A stretch of DNA of 25,418 nt from a virus. Lineage: Duplodnaviria; Caudoviricetes. The DNA is taken from positions 1 through 25,418 of IMG/VR virus record IMGVR_UViG_3300044723_003755, one strand, 5' to 3'. Below are positions 21,502 through 25,418 of this stretch, piece after piece. Positions within the stretch are counted from its first letter, which is position 1; each line of letters starts with the position of its first letter. The position numbers and the translations under genes are program-made. Under the pieces are notes generated by a model that worked only from the letters and a program-made list of their open reading frames with translations, was not told where the DNA came from and made no database searches.

Positions 21502-23469
21502 TTAACCTCCTAACTGTGATGCTCCCACTGTTGTTGAACTACCGCTAGTGCTGACACTACTTGATGTGCCGCTAGCGGGCGTGTATGTGTTGGCCACTGT
21601 GTGATTTGACACAGTAGCGAATCCGCTGTTCCTGCCCAGTTCATTACGAGCGAACACCCTAACATCATAACTCTCTCCCACCGCGACCGGTGAAATGAAA
21701 GCAACCGTGTCCGGTGTTTCTATCGCTGTGGTGAATGTGCTCTCTGAACTCTTCTTGTATTGAATTATGTAATCTACAACGAATGGGTCTGTGCTGGCCG
21801 TGAAACCAACTCTCATACGCCTCGTGGTCGTGCCATCACTTGACTGTAGGGCGTGCGAAATATCACTGCTGACCTGTAGGCTAGTAGGCGCTGCCACCAA
21901 GAACGGATCTGGTAGATTGATCACTGGTTCTGCTGGTGCCGCCACTTTGGCGTTGATCGCATAATCATTTGAATTGTGCTGTGTGGCTGAAATGTCAATA
22001 GTGCCTTGTGCGTTCAGTTCAACGCTCTGGACCCTGAATATGCCATCAAGACTGATGTTGGCGTTGACTATCCTCACTAGATCACCAACGCTGATGTTGG
22101 CCGCATCCGTGGTGGTCTGTAGCGTGATGACTTGATTGGTCCTTGATTTCTTGACCATCACCTCTGCCATCTGTAGGGCCTGTTCCCTGCTTGTGATCAT
22201 ATTGAATGTGTATCTCTTCTCTAATCTTATACCATCTTCTGCTAGGAATGTTGTGTCATCAGCACTGCCTTCAGTGGGATATGCTATTTGATTGGCCTGA
22301 TAATCACTGTTGGGGTCAACATAGGTTATCACAGCCCTGTTGATCTTGTTCTTCTTGTTTGGTCCCTGTAGGCTTACTCCACCAATGATGTGATCTGTGG
22401 TTATCGTGAACACTGTGCTTGGGTTGGCCGGTGTAGCACTGATGTCTGTGTCATCACCACCGTGTTCAATCTTACAATAGTATTGTCCTGTCTGATAAGG
22501 CATAATGCCCCTGAACACACTCAACAATATCTTGGTGTTGTTCATAATTGTTTGCCCTGAATCAACAACAGCATCACACGTGAATGCTTTGCCTGTGGTG
22601 CTAGATGTGTAGTTCACTGTCTGGGCACAAAGGTCCGCCGCTGTCTTGAAACTTGCGAAATCAAAACTGTCATTGGGCAAGCCTTTACCATAACGTGTGT
22701 TTCTCATATAATCTAACAGCACACTCACAGGGTTGTTCGTGAACACTTCTGTCTCACTGCCATACGCCGTGCTGTGTCCTGCTGACAGCGTGGTGGCGTC
22801 TTTGACTTTCTTGCCCTGTAGCAACACGTTGATCCTTGGCATACCCTTGTATGGGTTGTTGTTCGGGTTCTCTGTTGTGTTGAAACCCTTCCATTCAAAT
22901 CTACACGCGATATAACTCAAACCCTGTAATCTATGGGTGCTTGACCATCCCGGCGCTTCGTTCAACAATGAACTGACAGTCTGGCTGTCTCTGCCGTCAT
23001 AGAACTGTGCTACCAGTTTGTCTTTAAATTCACCTGACGTTGGTGTGGCCTGTGTGTTGTGTGCGTAAGAGTTCAAAGGCACCTCTTTGTCGTCAATGTA
23101 TAGTTTGGTGTAGCCATTTACTTGTCCTTCTGATAGAACTAGCGCCACGTAAAGATACTTGTTGTTGTCTCCCCGGGTGCTGATGAATACTCTAGAGCCC
23201 CCAACCCTACGTGTGCCATACACGATGGGCACGTGATTGGTTGCCGCGTCTTTGTTGACCAGCACGCCGCCTATCTGTTGTGTTTGTGCCGCATCAAAAC
23301 CGGGTGCGCCCATATCCATACCAAAAGGCATACCAACTATACTGAACGCCGCACTGAATATATCTACAGCGATGTCTACCACTGATTCAACAACATCAAC
23401 AACGGTGTCAATGATGTCTTCAACTATGTCAATAGCATCATCAATTAAATCACCTGGACTTGGACACAT
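21502..23469 (-). CDS. Tail tip or host-specificity protein (lambda gpJ-like, C-terminal FN3)
   Basis: VPIVYGTRRVGG, LSEG, H.L.GL.YIA, NP...LLDY.RN.RYG, GDLV.I and a C-terminal FN3 (YDVRV.ARN..G..S). Probable start MCPSPG at 23469 with a GAGG RBS. Confidence 0.9.
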   Translation of the reverse strand: MCPSPGDLIDDAIDIVEDIIDTVVDVVESVVDIAVDIFSAAFSIVGMPFGMDMGAPGFDAAQTQQIGGVLVNKDAATNHVPIVYGTRRVGGSRVFISTRGDNNKYLYVALVLSEGQVNGYTKLYIDDKEVPLNSYAHNTQATPTSGEFKDKLVAQFYDGRDSQTVSSLLNEAPGWSSTHRLQGLSYIACRFEWKGFNTTENPNNNPYKGMPRINVLLQGKKVKDATTLSAGHSTAYGSETEVFTNNPVSVLLDYMRNTRYGKGLPNDSFDFASFKTAADLCAQTVNYTSSTTGKAFTCDAVVDSGQTIMNNTKILLSVFRGIMPYQTGQYYCKIEHGGDDTDISATPANPSTVFTITTDHIIGGVSLQGPNKKNKINRAVITYVDPNSDYQANQIAYPTEGSADDTTFLAEDGIRLEKRYTFNMITSREQALQMAEVMVKKSRTNQVITLQTTTDAANISVGDLVRIVNANISLDGIFRVQSVELNAQGTIDISATQHNSNDYAINAKVAAPAEPVINLPDPFLVAAPTSLQVSSDISHALQSSDGTTTRRMRVGFTASTDPFVVDYIIQYKKSSESTFTTAIETPDTVAFISPVAVGESYDVRVFARNELGRNSGFATVSNHTVANTYTPASGTSSSVSTSGSSTTVGASQLGG

Positions 23470-23470
23470 A

Positions 23471-23929
23471 TTATAACCTCTTCTTGAACAAATGACCCAC
23501 GGTCTCAAACTTCATAAACTTATACAGTTTCTCAACCTTATCACTTGCTATTTCAACCGTGCTGCCTGGACGGAACTCACGTGCGCCTTGTTCCTTCGCC
23601 CATTCAGTGGCCGCGTTGATTAATCTTATTGGCACAAAAATACTTTTTCTCTCTTTGGGGTCTACGTAGAGTGCTAGATCACTACACATTTTCTCATCGT
23701 TGAAGAAATATTTGGTTATGTAGACTACCACACCCCCTATGATCTTGTCCTGTTTCTCTGCCACGAAACCTACACCTTTGCCGGTGCTCAACAGTGTGGT
23801 GAATGTCTTCTTGACCTTTTCTCTGTCAAAAGTCATATCAGCGTATGCCCCTTCAGACCACATAGTCTCACCTAGATCAAGCAGTATGTCAAAATCGTTG
23901 TAGCACCATTTCCTTATCTTATAAGTCAT
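23471..23929 (-). CDS. GNAT-family acyltransferase
   Basis: FVAE...IIG, DLALYVDPKERK, LI.....WAKEQGA, LY..M.F..VG; probable start MTYKIR at 23929. Confidence 0.85.
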   Translation of the reverse strand: MTYKIRKWCYNDFDILLDLGETMWSEGAYADMTFDREKVKKTFTTLLSTGKGVGFVAEKQDKIIGGVVVYITKYFFNDEKMCSDLALYVDPKERKSIFVPIRLINAATEWAKEQGAREFRPGSTVEIASDKVEKLYKFMKFETVGHLFKKRL

Positions 23930-24386
23930 ATTCTTTGTAAAAGATCTTCTCCTCTTCGTTGAAGCCAAGTTTATAAAGGCTGTTGATGTCAATGTTCTTG
24001 TTGCTGATACGCAGTCCCGTGATATCGTTTTCTTTACACCAGTCTTCAATGGCGTCAAACAATCTCACAGTGTTGCTGTTGTTCACGTGTCCTGATTCTA
24101 TGTAGTAGTATTGGAGTGTCGCCACTTTCTGTCTCGGTGCCCAAGGCAGTGCGTTGTAGTGTATGAAAGCGAATCCTATCAACTGATCATCCTCGCAAAG
24201 CCCTATGCTACCCTGCCAAAAAGGTGATACAAGTCCTCGTTTGATCTGTGTGTAGAAACTACTTTCATCGTAGTCCACACCCAACAATCCATTTTCAACC
24301 AAGGCCTTGTATCCCATTTTGGAGACTGGACCCGCGTCGTCAATCTTCAATAAACGTGTGTGTGTTATCTTTACTCCCTGCCCCAT
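23919..24386 (-). CDS. GNAT-like acyltransferase (divergent paralog)
   Basis: LIGFA, YYI...H, LF..IEDWCKE, LY.LGF. Confidence 0.7.
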   Translation of the reverse strand: MGQGVKITHTRLLKIDDAGPVSKMGYKALVENGLLGVDYDESSFYTQIKRGLVSPFWQGSIGLCEDDQLIGFAFIHYNALPWAPRQKVATLQYYYIESGHVNNSNTVRLFDAIEDWCKENDITGLRISNKNIDINSLYKLGFNEEEKIFYKEYDL

Positions 24387-24952
24387 CTTATGTCCTTTAC
24401 TATTTTACTTGCGAATTCCATACCATCGTCGTTGGGGAATTGTAGTTGTTGGCTGGCCACGCTGGTGGTCCTGCCTGATAATTTCTCAAAGTCCGCGAAC
24501 TGGCTTGAACACTGAATAGACAGTGAAGCCGTCTCCTGTGTCTCACCTATGCTCCAAGCGTTGATCTTGCCGTCAAAGATCTGAAACACCTTGGTGCTGT
24601 CAAATGATCCGTCTAGATTGAATATGACCCTGTATAACACCACACGCTTGTCAATGTAATCGTTGTTCAACACTAGGGCGACCGTTGTAAGATCAACAGC
24701 AGTGAAACTGATGTCAAGGCTATTGACCTTCACGTCCGCCGTCTCTTTGATGTTGCTGAATTCTATGAATTGTCCCTGTGCTAGATATGAATTAGTGCCT
24801 GTGTCAGGGGCGGTGGTGCTGTCATAGTTGATGTCTATGCTGGCGTTGGTGAAATAAACAGCCGGGCTGAAATGTAATTCAACTAGGTCGGCCGCTAAAA
24901 TCTTCCTGTCAGTGAGTGCTGTCTGTATGCTAGAATCTAGTCCCCTAGGCAT
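24371..24952 (-). CDS. Minor tail or tail-tip protein (gpL/DUF2163-like)
   Basis: LVEL.F...YFT, Y.A.G, IFDG.I, R.T...Q...FP.D.G.EF......I.WG. Confidence 0.82.
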   Translation of the reverse strand: MPRGLDSSIQTALTDRKILAADLVELHFSPAVYFTNASIDINYDSTTAPDTGTNSYLAQGQFIEFSNIKETADVKVNSLDISFTAVDLTTVALVLNNDYIDKRVVLYRVIFNLDGSFDSTKVFQIFDGKINAWSIGETQETASLSIQCSSQFADFEKLSGRTTSVASQQLQFPNDDGMEFASKIVKDIRWGRE

Positions 24953-25418
24953 TACAACTCCTCTCTAACGTTTAATTCATATGAGTAAAACTTTGGTGCT
25001 CCCACCTTGAATCCCTGTGTGTCCGCCGTCAAGAACACCTTGAACGGCACGCTGTTGTATTGAACCGTTGTGCTTGACGTGGTTGCTGTCCTCAATGTGG
25101 GGAATATTGGTAAAGGCACTATGGTTGAGCCATCTAGATTGACGTCCGCTGTCAACATATAGACCTTGTCGTGATTGCTGAATTTTATAAGATCGCCTGT
25201 CTTCAAAGTGCCCGTGCCTCCTGAAACTGGAACGTTGCTTGACCCTGCTGTGTTGTCGTAGTCGCTGGTCGTTAGTTCAGCACAGGTGATGGTGCCTGAT
25301 GCTGTGCCACGTGTTGAACTGATGTCCGGTGGCACTACCGTGAAACTGTCAAATCTACCGCCCTGCTTCATAACGAAAGCCGCTATGGGCATATAATCGT
25401 CCCTGCTCAACGGTGGTG
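24952..25418 (-). CDS. Distal tail (Dit-like) protein, 5'-truncated by the window
   Basis: PPL.R......AF...Q.G.F..F...P, LK.GD.IKF.NH.KVYM...D, I.P.L; upstream of the gpL-like gene. Confidence 0.75.
   Translation of the reverse strand, partial: PPLSRDDYMPIAAFVMKQGGRFDSFTVVPPDISSTRGTASGTITCAELTTSDYDNTAGSSNVPVSGGTGTLKTGDLIKFSNHDKVYMLTADVNLDGSTIVPLPIFPTLRTATTSSTTVQYNSVPFKVFLTADTQGFKVGAPKFYSYELNVREEL

Noticed and set aside
514-24519. Many + strand ORFs in the track (for example 4306..4707, 6244..6783, 10195..10629, 11654..12184)
   Set aside because: They are antisense shadows of well-supported minus-strand genes, with no RBS or motifs. Only 19487..19981 is accepted on the + strand.
1-25418. Alternative genetic code, tRNA genes, integrase or att site
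   Set aside because: Genes are intact under the standard code with TAA, TGA and TAG stops. I recognised no cloverleaf or recombinase.

Overview
The window is part of a tailed dsDNA phage (Caudoviricetes) genome, almost all coded on the minus strand, with gene content typical of aquatic or marine phages. Read along the minus strand from 25418 to 1, it runs: tail-tip module (Dit-like, gpL-like, two GNATs, gpJ-like, fibre genes); a Maf-like gene on the + strand; a ~650 bp non-coding control region with two divergent structured RNAs; a ~6.6 kb block of small early or accessory genes driven by consensus sigma70 promoters; a second fibre module with an FkbM methyltransferase; then terS, terL, portal and small downstream genes. 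The non-structural block has structural genes on both sides, yet I recognise no polymerase, primase, helicase, SSB, integrase, repressor or sigma factor in it. Several structural operons and the RNAs are preceded by T4-type late-promoter words (TAAATA). One RNA carries an anti-AUG sequence in all four terminal hairpins plus an anti-Shine-Dalgarno linker. My main hypothesis, which is inference, is a virion-autonomous but helper-dependent phage. It would borrow replication and late transcription from a co-infecting T4-like phage and regulate it with multi-target antisense RNAs. All protein calls come from recognising motifs by eye; no searches were run.
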